A stretch of 64,000 nt of DNA from Eledone cirrhosa (Eukaryota), in the NCBI GenBank assembly GCA_964016885.1, contig OZ024754.1, positions 34,162,001 through 34,226,000 on the forward strand, in the 5' to 3' direction. Positions 40,467 through 53,425 of the stretch are shown piece by piece; positions within the stretch are counted from its first letter, which is position 1; each line of letters opens with the position of its first letter. The notes beneath the pieces were generated by a model. It made no database searches, had not been told where the DNA came from, and saw nothing but the letters and a program-made list of their open reading frames with translations. Position numbers and translations under genes: made by a program.

Positions 40467-41426
40467 GTTTAAACCTGACATGTGTGTATTATTCTATGTA
40501 CTATACATACACCTTTGACGAGTTGTAGTGCACCTGAGCACTTTACACAATAATTTCATTATTATGTGTATATCATGACTCATGCACTGTTCATTTTCCT
40601 GATGTTTGTACATTACCCTATGTACTATACATACACTTTTTGATGAGTTGTAGTGCACCTGAGCACTGTACACAATATTTCATTATTATTATTATTATTA
40701 TTAGTTTTCTCCTTACATGGACAAATATCAATAGTATCCTTGTAAAGTGTTCATGCATAGTAACACTTACTTTTTTTAAAAACTCGAAAATGACACAAAT
40801 CATATGAAAAGTGCTTGACATCAGCCATCTATGATGAGATGGATTGGCTATTGACTAAACATAAAGCATAAAATGTTGATGTTATGTCAACTAAATACTA
40901 TACATAAGCAGCAAGTAGTGCGGAATGTAGAGAACTTGAAAATTATTATCAAAATTATGTTGTTCACTAACCAGCAAAACATAGTTCAATGAGGTCATGC
41001 AGAAGACCCAGTAACTTAGGTAAAGATTCCTATATTAATTGTGGTAACATTTTGAAACTTCTACATCTTCAGTCCAAGGATATTCCATTTCTAAGAAAAC
41101 CCCTGAAAAGTTAGTTAGATGCACATATGCAGAGGACACCTGTTATTGTCTTAAACAAACTTAATATTATGGTTGAGGTTGTTTTAGGTAGCATAAACAT
41201 GGTGGGGGTGCTTTCTGCATACAAGCTCACCATACAGAATCTGCTTCAAGATCCTCTGGTTATTAATCATTCCCACAGTGCCTGGTCCAACATAAATGGC
41301 GACTGTACACCATTATCTCAATATTCAAGACAGCTCCCTTTAAAATCATAATAATCGATCACTATAAATAAATAGTTGAAAATATTAGGTAAAGTACCCT
41401 CAAAGGCGGGGAAAAAAATGAACAGA

Positions 41427-41499
41427 GGCCTCCGTAAGCAATCGAAACACGTTTTCCTTGGATGCAATGCGAGTGCGTTAACCATTTCGCTAAACAGCC
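41427..41499 (-). pseudogene. Degenerate tRNA-like sequence (Ala-TGC-like) or isolated SINE head
   Basis: GGCTGTT-TAGCGAAATGGTTAACGC-ACTCGCATTGCATCCAAG...TTCGATT...GGCC, 73 nt, with A- and B-box-like motifs and a downstream T7 run. The stems pair poorly. Confidence 0.4.
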
Positions 41500-42680
41500 A
41501 CAGACCACCAAATACGACTTTTTAGGGGAATTTACGCTTGTAATTATAAGTGTAAACAAAGTGGTTTAAGAAGCATTGGGAAAATTTGAATTGTAAGCGT
41601 CCCAACGCAAGTGAACAACAATAGTCGATTACTATAAATAAAGGTAATTTGTATTAGGCCTGCATCCAAGTTGACCTTAATGGTAACGCTGCCGGCCCAG
41701 CATCAACCTCTCAACTATCGACATTCCTCAACACAAGACATCTTAGAGATGTCCGAGCTAAATATCAATCTCGAAGGTTACGAGAATGATCTATTATTAG
41801 ATTAACCAAAAATATACCAACATAACTCGTTTCACATTCCTTAAGAAGAAAAAAAACGTGAATTACAAGGAGTTGCCTCCCTTAGTCATTCGTACCAAAA
41901 AATTGTTGTTTTTTTAGTAACTTCAACATGGAAAGAAAAAGATGTTGGGTTTGACTATCTTTCGTTTGGAGTATCATGAAAGAAAAAGAAACTAAAATAC
42001 ACGTATACAGTGCTACTTTCTTATACATTATGATTAACTAAATTTCAAATATTGAATTCTTTATTATTTTTATGTAATTTTATCCTAGAAATAAATTTGT
42101 TTTAGCAAAAGCTTTTGTAAACGTTTAGAATATGAGAGAAAACCACATTGGATATTAAAAGTAAAATGAAATTATGTCGAATATTCTAACATTTTCACAA
42201 GGCTAGCAATTTGGGTGGGGGGTTAACTGTTACTTTATTTTATCGACCCCGAAAGGATGAAAGTAACGTTGACTTCGGCGGAACTTGAACTCAGAACATA
42301 GAAAGTCGTAACTAAATGCTGTAAAGCATTTTGTCTGACGCTCTACTGATATTTTCCAATCCATCAGTTTAATTTAGACACAAGGTCATAAATTTGAGAG
42401 GAAAGGGGAAGTTGATTATACCGACCTCAGAAGGATGAAAGGTAACGTCGATCTCTGCGGGATTTGAACTCAAAGCGGGAACAGGCGAAAAAAATACCTC
42501 AAAGCATTCTATCCAATGTTCTATTACTTCGGATAATATCAAAACCAACATTTTTTTGTTAAGCACACCAAGAATCAATAGTAATGAGAGGTGTCTGGCA
42601 ACATGTTGGATTATGATAGGCAGTAAAGTTGAGAAACACTCGAGTAGCTTTGAAAAAAAAAAATTGGGTACGAGCGATAG

Positions 42681-42960
42681 TTAAGGGGAGACAACTTTAA
42701 AAGTATTGGTACTGGTGCCCAGTCTACTTGGCTGCTGAAGCTTTGGAATTGACAGGAAATGCCGTCAGAGATAACGAGGGATCAATAATTATTCCCCGTT
42801 AATTACAATTGGATAGACGAAGAATTAAACAAACTTTTGTCTTGAGTGACCATCGCACAAAGCGGTGTCCTTCCCAATATCCTGGCTGTACTTCTCCCCA
42901 AGAAGACCCAGAAAGCCGCCAAATAAGTGTATTTTACAACCAAAGGCCTTTTTCGGAGCC
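42681..42960 (+). pseudogene. H2A: Replication-dependent histone H2A pseudogene with degenerate 3' stem-loop
   Basis: Across frameshifts, stops and deletions it reads IGTGA.VYLAA..EALELTGNAVRDN...[42 protein letters not shown] (TAA 42924-42926). It is followed by CAAA-GGCCTTTTTCGGAGCC, resembling the histone stem-loop. The 5' remnant may extend to about 42592. Confidence 0.88.
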
Positions 42961-43779
42961 CCTAAACGTTACGTATTGTTTAAATCCCGATTGTTCAGTG
43001 ATTGCGATTATTGATTTTTTAATCATCTTTTCAACTGACTCCGAGAAATGTCTGGACGCTTCTTTGTTATTGCACTACATTTTAAATGTTATCTTGCCTT
43101 AATCTATATCTTATATATAAATTCATATTTCTAATGTGACTGCTTGATTTTCATTTGGAGGGTTAACTTTCTCATTAAAGCTAGTGTTTGGTAAATTAGT
43201 TAAATTCTTACAAAATTATGGACGATTTTTAAATAAATGTAAACACACTCGTAGAACCAGGGGCAATTAGGTTTGAGTACGATTTGTCTGTCACTTAGGC
43301 CGCAATTTCTCATGGAGTGACAGTTTTTCTTGGCTCATCACATTCGTTATCAACCCAAACACTAGCACTCATAAAAACATGACAATGATTTGGAATCTTT
43401 CTGAAGGCAAACAAACCAAGGACCCAGTGGTGAACATATCAGGCGCAAGAGGCACATGGACGAAAAACTGGCTTGGCTACAAATAGTCATTTACAAGCGA
43501 TATTTTGAACATCTACGGTCGATAAATATTTTCTTTAAATTCAGAAAAGCTATAAGCGTTACCATACTCTTTCGCGCGAGCGACTCGTTCTCCAATTCTA
43601 ACCTTGTCGCTTTGGTTACAAACCTGCGCCCCTCTGCCCGCAATCTTCCTCGGAGCTTAAGGGTTGTGTGGCCTTGGATAGAGAGCGTGAGCAAAAGAAG
43701 ACCGTACACCTACCAACAAAACTGCACCACTTCAAAGGCCAAAATGATACAAGAATGAATGAGTTACAATCCCCACAAT

Positions 43780-43983
43780 CATGTCATCTCCTAGCTCTCC
43801 AGAGACATGAATCCGTTGGACTACGAGGTATGGGGCAGGGTCGAGAGGAAATCAACACCCCATATAACATTATGATATCTCTGAAGTCCAAAATAGATAA
43901 AGATAAGCTGATTCAAGCATGTCAACGTTTCAGGCTTTGTATTGAAGCAATTGTCGATGTTAACGGCGGATTTATTGAATTAG
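43780..43983 (+). mobile_element. Tc1/mariner transposase C-terminal relic
   Basis: Frameshifted SRDMNPLDYEVWG...SLKSKI...LIQACQRFRLCIEAIVDVNGGFIE, resembling the SPDLNP(L)DY motif and the GG.IE terminus. Confidence 0.65.
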
Positions 43984-44039
43984 ATGCGTCAAAAAGAATT
44001 GAGAGATCACAGTTCCGATCAATGGGCATGGGGTTAGAA

Positions 44040-44270
44040 TATCTCAGGAAAGAATCGCTGGACAGATTTTACGGGCAAAACTAACAGGTATGAGACCCAG
44101 GGGTAGACCCCGAGCAAGATGGTTGGATAACATCCATGAGCTTGGCTGGTCACGCTTGGGGATCCAGCCGGATCAGTTGGAGACGGTAGCTCTGACAGGA
44201 CCCGTCGGAGGAATTGTTTGAGGACTCTGCTCCCATGACCCTTTCAGGAATAAGTGGGCGAAGAAGAAGC
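44040..44270 (+). mobile_element. RTE LINE 3' fragment (second RTE family)
   Basis: G.RPRGRPRARWLDNI motif; ends CAGGAATAAGTGGGCGAAGAAGAAG. The same end follows the RT fragment at 55160-55515. Confidence 0.7.
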
Positions 44271-44417
44271 GTAAAAAAGTCTCAAGATTATTCATGCTAT
44301 TTTTTGTCTCAAATAAAGCTCTTCTTTCATGGCTTATGCATCTTTTCCTAAATTCATGCAAATATCCTCAAAGAACTGAGCAACCCTGTATGTATATGTA
44401 GTAATATATATTCAACA

Positions 44418-44600
44418 GCGGTGGATTGGCAGTATCGGTAGAGGGTCGGACGCCATGCTTTCCAGCATAGTTACGTCCCTTTCCGATCTGAGTTCAAATC
44501 CCGCCGAGGTTGACTTTGCCTTTCATCCTTACGGGGTCGATAAAATAAAGTACCAGTAATGAACTGGGTAATTGCTGGCCTTGTGCCTAAAGTAGAAACA
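44418..44600 (+). mobile_element. SINE family B, full length, 16-bp TSD
   Basis: AATATATATTCAACAG occurs at 44403-44418 and 44601-44616. Confidence 0.9.
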
Positions 44601-46270
44601 AATATATATTCAACAGGAATTGAACAAAAAACCCATCATAATAAAAATAAAATAAATTTATGGCTATTTTTTTACTAAGTGGGGATTTTGTCATAGACCC
44701 AAAAACAGTTTTTAGATTTGAAGAAATTGCACATTACTTATTCCAGGTTATGTACTAGTAAATTACTAGACACACACACACTTTCACTAATCATTCAAAA
44801 CGCTCAGATTAATATCGTACTCCGCTCTGTTCGGGTCACATATTTTTCAAGTCAACATGGTTAAAGATTTTTATTCACAGTTGTATGAATAATATTACAA
44901 ATATGTTTTAAGTATATAAATAAATGACATTATAAATTGCTCGTAATTCGTTCAGAAGAACATTATAAATATAATGGTTTCTTATAAAGGCACAAGGCCA
45001 TCAATGTTGTGGGAGGGGAAAGTCGATTAAATCGACCCCAGTGCGGGACTGGTACTTTATTTTATCGACCCCGTAAGGATGAAAGGCAAAGTTATCCTCG
45101 GCGGGTTTGAACTCAGATCATAAAGGGCCGTAACTCTATGCTGCAAAGCACGGAGTCCGAATCTCTACCGATACTTCCATCCCACCGCCCTCAAGAACAT
45201 TATAAATATAATTGTTTCTACTTTAGGCACAAGGCCAGCAATTATCCAGTGCATTACTGGTACTTTATTTTATCGACCCCGCAAGGATGAAAGGCAAAGT
45301 CAACCTCGGCGGGATAAGAACATTATAAATATAATGACCGTTGATAAACACAAATATAAGCGCATAAAAAAAAGAAAGAAAGGGACGGGACAAAAACAAA
45401 AACGACCATCAATTTACCACCAAGTGCGACAATCGGCCACATCGCATCATAAGGGTTAACTTTGAGGCAAGCCAATACGCTCGCAGCATTGTCACGGGTA
45501 ATGGCAAGGCTAAGGCGCTGAAACAACTAGGCACCCTCACGGGTATCACCTGACACCTCAGTAAGGCGAGCCGCCAGTGATGACAAGAACTTCGCTGTCA
45601 GCGGCTCAACTCCGCCAAATATATTAAAGCAGTGTTATGTATCGATCCTGTATATATATATGATAGATAGATAGATGTGTGTAATAGAAAAGAGGATAGT
45701 TGAATAAAAATAAAAACGAAAGACTGTATACAAAAAATAAGTGATCTATTTTATACACCCTCAAATTTGATAAAATAATTATACTGCATATATATGTGTG
45801 TTAGGTTATTTGGTAACGAATAAAATCATGTCAACGAACAATTTCCAAACATAAATAACAAATGAAAAATTAAGGCAATGAAACAACTGCACATATTCCG
45901 ATCAAGAGGCATTGGTCAACCCGTTGTGTGTCCCAATTACTTTCTTAACGCGTGTTTTGTGGCAACGAATGAGCTTCTGTAAGTGACTAAATTCGTTACC
46001 AAAGGATTTGCTTTTCATCTTTGCTCTTACTCTCATATAATCATATGCAAGCACAAGATATGTAATCATTCAAAACTCATTTATCTCCCTTGACTCGATG
46101 ATCTTTCTGGTTTATATAATATCTTAAAGATAGTTCTCTAGTAATGTCGTCTATTTAAGGCAATCATCTACTACATTTATCAATAGTTTTTCATTCTCTA
46201 TTTCCTACCGTCACCGTCTTCGAATATATATTTTGTTTAAAAAAGAAAAGAGAATAATCAACAAGTAGCC

Positions 46271-46368
46271 ATGGCAAATAGTAACAACGAGGAAAAAGCT
46301 CGCCAGCTCCTTCTTCAAGCAGAGAAGAAACTCGGATCTTCTAAAGGTATTCTCTCGTCATTGTTTGG
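46271..46368 (+). CDS. NAPA: alpha-SNAP exon 1 (MANSNNEEKARQLLLQAEKKLGSSKGILSSLFG)
   Basis: ATG in GCCATGG context; AEKKL...SSLFG hydrophobic-loop motif; GTAAGC donor at 46369; 98 nt. Confidence 0.93.
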
Positions 46369-46769
46369 GTAAGCACATTTTAATTAAAACAATATGACAC
46401 ACAACTCTGCTTATTTAAAACATTCACAGCAAAAACAAACGAACTATAAAAGAAAATAATTGAATAAAAATAAAAATGAAAGACTATACAAAAAATAAGT
46501 GATCTATTTTATACCCTCAAATTTAATTATATATTTTATACACCCTCTGTATATATATATATATATATGTGTGTATATATATATATATACACGAAGAACG
46601 GCTGAAAAGTTAATAGGCTGACCAAGATACTCTTTTGGAATGACCAAATGACGTTTATTTTTCAACATAGTCTCTGGAAAGAAACAATGCAGTTATTAAT
46701 AAAATTAATGCATGTAAGATTTCACACTTCTAACATCACTCCTTCATATGAACTTTTCAGCCCAGTCTC

Positions 46770-46824
<55 letters not shown>

Positions 46825-47099
46825 AGAGAGAGAGAGATGTTTTGTAGAATGTGTATGCGCCAGTCCCTCCCGCATAGCGAAACAAAACTCCAAAAATAAT
46901 CCGGAGTTTGTCTCGCATTAATTTGCTTGTTTCGGTCAAGTGTCAGCTCTCTCTACCAGGATGTCACTTTACATACACATAGACATTCTATCTCTTTTCA
47001 TTGATTTTCTCAGTGCTTGCATCATATTGTGCTCTTTGGACTCATTCAATCATACCGACATTACCTTATGTCCATATCTGCATCTATTTATCTCTCTCT

Positions 47100-47145
<46 letters not shown>

Positions 47146-47283
47146 GAGTTAAACAAGATTCAATAAGTACTTCAAAGAATGAGTTTTACAGTAGATTGAA
47201 AGCACTCTACAGATAGATATTTTCCATAGTTATTAATATTAAATTCAAATATTAATAAAATAGATGTTCTTGTGATCAATTAA

Positions 47284-47349
47284 ATTTTATTATACATATT
47301 TCAGAGGTACTTGAATCAAGTTCAATAGTACGTCCTCATCAGATAAAAT
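47284..47349 (-). ncRNA. Type I hammerhead ribozyme, intact core (same stem I/III type as 10059)
   Basis: Minus strand reads ATTTTAT-CTGATGA-GGACGTACTATTGAA(CTTGA)TTCAAGTACCTCT-GAAA-TATGTA-TA-ATAAAAT. Stem I is 7 perfect bp. Confidence 0.8.
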
Positions 47350-47402
47350 AAAATGATACATGACATACCCTGACATCTTAAATGGTTAAGATTTAATCAA
47401 GG

Positions 47403-47439
<37 letters not shown>

Positions 47440-49434
47440 GCACACACACACACATTACATATATATCCTATACGTATATATTTATATTTTATATTACTTA
47501 TTATAAGGACTTAAAAAGCAACATAATACTACTAATAATAAGCAAAATATATACTGGAGTTTGCGACATATCTAACAGATACGTTATATATATATATATA
47601 TATATATACTGCACACACACACACACATTACATATATATCCTATACGTATATATTTATATTTTATATTACTTATTATAAGGACTTAAAAAGCAACATAAC
47701 ACTACTAATAATAAGCAAAATATATACTGGAGTTTGCGACATATCTAACAGATACACGTTCTTCTACCATATACTTACATACATATACACACACAGACAG
47801 TACATGTTCTTGTACCATATACTTTACATATACACGCAGACATATCTTACATAGATCGAACAGATACACATACATTACAAGTTCTTATATACATATGCTT
47901 ACACATACATTACGTGTTCTTTATACATATACTTACACATTACAAAGGTATCCACAACATTTGGTGATGGTGGGGGCTTGTTACCTATTAAACAGATAAT
48001 TTATATACAGATATATTGTCGCATTATATATATACACACATACATTCACTTATGTATGTGTGAAATATAATGTAGTGTTGTTAATGCACCTGTTTTATTA
48101 CCAAAGCACCTGAAACCGTGTCTGGTTCTTATGACATAGTTTTATGTAAGAATCTTTGTTTTGTTCCAAACACCAACTTAATAACGAGACAATTATTTGT
48201 ATTACTAAATCCCTCAAAGTTCTTCACTATTTTCAAAATGATTTAAAAATCATGGACAGTGTCTTTTATTAGAAATATGGTAACGAAAGAGTTAAACCTT
48301 CGCCCCTCCCCATCCAAAAAAAAATCCATTGAACTCACTTCGGCTATATCGTCGTCTCTGACATCATCACATTAAGTTGATTATTTTGAAATTGTCATTA
48401 TTAATGACCAGTAATGACATAGTCTTGTTTTGTGTATGTGTGTCAACTAATTAGTTTATTTTAAGTGTTTGTGTGATAGGATCATAGTTTTTATCACACA
48501 TGACGCGTATCAACATATTTTCATTTCACAAGACAGTACCTCGTTATTAATTATATTTGTACTTTCTGTGACAGTAGAATACGTAACAAGAAACATAGTT
48601 TTCTAATTAAAAAAAGTCTCTGCTACTGGTGCTACCACTACAACTATTATTAATGTTATAATTTACGCTTATTTATTTTGTTCTTTTCCTAGTTAACAAC
48701 AAACCTCTTTCCGAAGTGTCTTCTTCGAAAGAAATTTTGCGATTTGCAAACCCCTAACCTATTAGAGTATACACGGTTACCAGTTGAAATTAATTTCAGT
48801 GTTATTGATACTCGTTATTGAACCGTTATATAGTTCGTCTTTGATATATTATAAATTCACAACTTCATGTCTATTCTAATAGTTCGTTTATCATTAGTTC
48901 TACGACGTATATATGCAAATGTCACTTGTATAGTAAACACACACATACACACTCGTGAATATTATCAACATAACGTTATTATCATAATGAATGTACATGC
49001 AAATAACAATCAGTGTTCCCAGAAAGCTCAAATTTATGGTGTGTAGGAAGGAATGGACATCTTTAGATGTTTTTACATTTTTCCAACAGCATCGACTACG
49101 AAAGTTATATTTTATAATCTAAAGGCGAATTATTCTTTTGTTGCAAAATGATATTATGATGGATTTCAACGATACATAATATCGAGGCCCTTATTCTAAT
49201 AGAGTAAGTGTATGCAGGGCGTGGATTAAGCTTGCATGGAGCCCTTGCATCAAACTGATTTTAATTTACTTGTTAAAAGGAGGGCATTCTCCTTCCCTAC
49301 GCGTAATATATCAAATTGTGGCCCATTTATATATTACGGGTTCCTAACTACAGCCCTAATCTGCCACAGAGTGAACGACTCTGGTTTTATTTTCTAACTT
49401 AACTGTTTTCTTTAACTTTATAATAGAAACACAC

Positions 49435-49489
<55 letters not shown>

Positions 49490-51304
49490 ATATCACAAGG
49501 TTTTCCCTGCTAGCAAAGATTGGACTTGTTATCAAAGACTGAATCAGTACTGAAGCAGTATTGATTCAGTACCTCAGATTGACCAAGAGCCTCGATCTTT
49601 CAGACACAAATGTTCTCGCATTCTACTGAGTGTCCAGGCGGACTGGGGGTTCACGTCTTGCTTACAAAATGTTCCCACGCTCTACCAAGTGCATTTTAGC
49701 ATGGCACCAGCACTAGGAAGGTTGTCATGTTTTTGACACAGCCCAAGTCATCCCAATTCCTTGTTTGGTAGGTTTTCTACAGCTAGGTGTCCTTCCTGTC
49801 GCCAACCACTTCACAAAGTGTACTAAGTGCATTTATTATGTAAATCACCAGCACTAAGATTGTTGTCATGTCTTTGACACAGCTCAAGAGTCGTCCCAAC
49901 GTTTTATTTGGCAGGTTTTCTATGGCTCTTCCTACTGCCAAATGCCTTACAGGATGTATTGGGTGCATTTCTTGTGACATCAGTGCTAGGGGGTTTTGGT
50001 CATTGATTGAATTGAAGAGCTTCCCCTACTCTACAGGGTCAGCTTGGGTGGTGGGGGTGGAGCGGAGGGCAAATGTCATGAGTGTCTGAAGAGTGTGGTG
50101 GATTGGTAGGATTTAGTATGGTGTTTAGAGAGGGGAAAGGGTTTACCTCTGCAGCTGCATGAGGTACTGTCAAGAGTTACCAAGAGGGGTGGTGATGAGA
50201 TGGAGTTTATGACAGGTGTGTTATAGCAATGTATAAGTTAAGACTGATGTGTTATGATTTTAGGGGGTCTGGGTGATCGTGGATAGAGTTACTAACCTGA
50301 ATGGAATGTGAGTGTTAGGGTGCAGAGATCTGTATAATGAGGGTTATTGTGGTGATAAGTCACCAAGGAGGAGGATGTATGGCTTCATTGGAAAACTGAG
50401 TGTAGGTGTAGGAGGTTTGAGTTAATAGGTTTTATTTTTACAGGGATATTTTTTTTTGTTTTTACTTGGTAGTTCAGAAGGAAGTGGACATGCCCATAAC
50501 CTTTCTCAGGTCCTCTGAGTAGTGATGGATGCTATTAATGTTGTTTAAATTATTGCAGGTTCATTTCTTTTTAAAAGATATGAATAAGGAGAGAATTCCA
50601 GAGGGTTGATTGCCTGGTCCTAGTGGTTATAATGGGTGATGAGTGAATAGATGAGTTGGGAGGGAGTCCCAGGGGGCTGATGTTCTGGACATAGTGGCTA
50701 GTGTGGGGCCTGATTGATTTAATACACAATGGGTGATGATAGACAAATGAGTTGGGAGTGTCTAAATGAAGATGACATGGTTTCAGCAAACTCCAAGGGA
50801 CAGTTACCATTGAAGTAACAGTAAAAGAGACAGATGAGGCAAGGCATGAGATCAATTAGTTTGAAGTGGAACTAGCTATAGTCTAATTAATTAGTTCTAG
50901 TACCTCACTGGTATGGGAGGGATGTACATTTGAGAAGACTCTGTCAAGATTTGAACTTAAAACTCTAAGAACTCATACTTTATTTAACAACACTGAAAGG
51001 ATAAAAAGCAAAGTTGGCCTCAGTGTAGCGAGCCAGAACAAATACTAAGGTATTTAATCCTACCAATTCATACCTGTAACATCCAATATACACACACATA
51101 CCAATACCTGGTGCAGGTGAGCGTCCAAAGACCAATTGTTTTGAAATTAAGAAATGCATTCAATAGATTTAAAATTAACTGAATTCCTCTCTAAATAGTT
51201 AATAGTGAATTCTTATTTACCATAAATAAATAACTAAAATATTATTGTTATCATAACCTTCATCATTGTCATTTTAAGTTCTGATTTTCTATACTGTCCT
51301 TCTT

Positions 51305-51540
51305 TTAACTCGGTCTATAATCCGACACGTGTCTACATGTTTCATCCTGTAATATCTCTTCCTTGAGGTACAACATTCACAAATTAACTCGGTCTTTAAT
51401 CTGACGTGTCCACATACTTCATCCTGTAATATCTCTTCCTTGAGGTACAACATTCACAAATTAACTCTGTCTTTAATCTGACATGTGTCTACATGTTTCA
51501 TCCTGTAATATCTCTTCTTTGATGTACAACATTCACAAAT
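51305..51540. repeat. About 79-bp tandem triplication
   Basis: TTAACTCGGTCT...CATCCTGTAATATCTCTTCCTTGAGGTACAACATTCACAAA x3. Confidence 0.85.
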
Positions 51541-52036
51541 TTGTTCTAACTACTTTAGCAGTTGGCAATTGAATGGTGACTATATAGAGTAGAGATGATT
51601 TTTCAGTTTAGTCGAGCATAGGACAACCTCTCTAGGGCTGATGACACAATAAAATGCATCCACTACACACTGTAAAGTGATAGTGCCACTTCATACTATA
51701 AAATGATAGTGCTGGTACCATGATAGAATGCAACCACTACACTCTGTAAAGTGATAGTACCATGATAAAATACGCTTGTCAAGTCGTTGGCATTATGAAG
51801 GACATTCAACTATAGAAATTATGCTAAATATGAAACATATCAGCAAGATGAAGTCTCTCTAACCCATCTAGTCTTGAAATGTAACAACCTGTCCAACCCA
51901 TGCCAACCCATCTAGTCTTGGACTGTAACCTGTCCAACCCATGCCAACTCATAGTCACAGACCGAACACATTTACCATTGTATGTAAACACCCCCAGCAA
52001 TACGCCACTGCATATAATATATATATATATATAAGT

Positions 52037-52366
52037 GGAGGCACATGGCTTAGTGGTTAGAGCATTGGTCTTGCAATCGAAAGGTTGTGAGTTCAATTCT
52101 CAGACCGGGTGATGTGTTGTTTCCTTGAGCAAGACACTTTATTTCACATTGCTCCAGTTTCTTCAGCTGTAGAAATGAGATGATAGGGACTGGGGTCCCT
52201 CTCATTCCACTGCAAAGTGGTCGTGGAGGTGCCACGGCAAAAAAGCACCCAGCACTCACTGTAAATGAGGTTGGTGTTAGGAAGGACATCCAGCTGTAGA
52301 AATCAAGCCAGAATCTGTTCCCGTCCCACCCTTGCAAGCAGGGAAAAGCGGACGTAAAATGAAATG
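52037..52366 (+). mobile_element. tRNA-derived SINE family A (full length)
   Basis: Near-identical to 839-1160; short AAGT(GG) target duplication. Confidence 0.9.
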
Positions 52367-52397
52367 AAGTGGTTACACAACAGATAGTTCACCATAC

Positions 52398-52435
52398 CGA
52401 GAACAATTGTTTCACCTTAGCGGATCCTTAGCTCG
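52398..52435 (-). ncRNA. Decayed hammerhead (G5A core change)
   Basis: Minus strand reads CGAG-CTAAGGA-TCC(GCTAA)GGT-GAAA-CAATTG-TT-CTCG. The geometry is intact but the core is CUAAGGA rather than CUGAGGA. Confidence 0.55.
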
Positions 52436-52518
52436 TACCATGGACTGAGTGCTCTACCACTACGGATATTACCTTCCGGTGTTCTACCTCTATATATATA
52501 TATATATTTTGCTATCTA

Positions 52519-52624
52519 TCATTGTTTCTGATGAAGATGGTGAGATAGATCTATTGAATCAAGACTAATACGATATTGATTTATCATGATCAATGAACCT
52601 TCTGAAACAATTGTAAAACAATGA
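52519..52624 (+). ncRNA. Type I hammerhead ribozyme, intact core, long stem II, palindromic stem III
   Basis: TCATTGTTT-CTGATGA-[AGATGGT...AATCAA/TTGATT...ACCTTCT]-GAAA-CAATTG-TA-AAACAATGA. Stem I is 9 perfect bp; predicted GUA cleavage after 52615. Confidence 0.8.
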
Positions 52625-52725
52625 AGTGATTAAGCACTAAACTTCCCCTTCTGTATTCATTGCTCAATATGTATATATATATATACTTGTATACAATTCA
52701 TGAATTCTGTGCTTTCATTTTGTAG

Positions 52726-52805
52726 AAGTCCTTCCAAGACTGAAGAAGCAGCTGAATTATTTGTCAGGGCTGCAAATGCATTCAAGATGGCAAAAAACTG
52801 GGCTT
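52726..52805 (+). CDS. NAPA: alpha-SNAP exon 2 (SPSKTEEAAELFVRAANAFKMAKNWA)
   Basis: TTTTGTAG acceptor, GTAAGT donor, 80 nt, in frame with exon 1; RAAN.FKMAKNW motif. Confidence 0.95.
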
Positions 52806-53425
52806 GTAAGTTATGTTATTGTGTCAATGACTTTTATGACTACTCTGCTTATTAAATACAGTATTTTGAGAAAGGAAATTGTGTAAATAGATAAAAATTA
52901 TATATTTACCATATATACTCGAATATAAGCCAACCCCACTATTTCGTCTGAGAAATAGGCAAAAGTCCTAACCTTATTTACATAGAATTTGGAGTTGATG
53001 AAAATTATTCAAAATATTGACCCTGTATATAAGCTGACCTCCCACCCCACACCATCGATTTTTTTTGATTTTTTTTTTCCCCTCACATATTCCTCAGCTT
53101 ATATTCGAGTATATACAGTATATAAAATATTTGAAACCAGATGAGAGAGGTAAACACAGTCCGCTGCAAATTGCTGAAATTGATCTATTTATCTATCTAT
53201 CTGTCTATCCATCTACCTATCTATCTACCTATCTATCTACCTATCTATCTGTCTTGTCTTTGTATTGTCCCCTTTCTTGTTGCGCCCTTGTGGCTAATAA
53301 AGAAATCTATCTATCTACCTATCTATCTATCTACCTATCCATCTGTCTATCCATCTGTCTATCTATCTACCTATCTATCTACCTATCTATCTACTCTTCT
53401 ATCTATCCATCTGTCTATTTTATAG

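Noticed and set aside
47439-47754. About 145-bp direct duplication between TA runs
   Set aside because: Most simply a microsatellite-mediated slippage duplication or an assembly artefact; no additional structure was seen.
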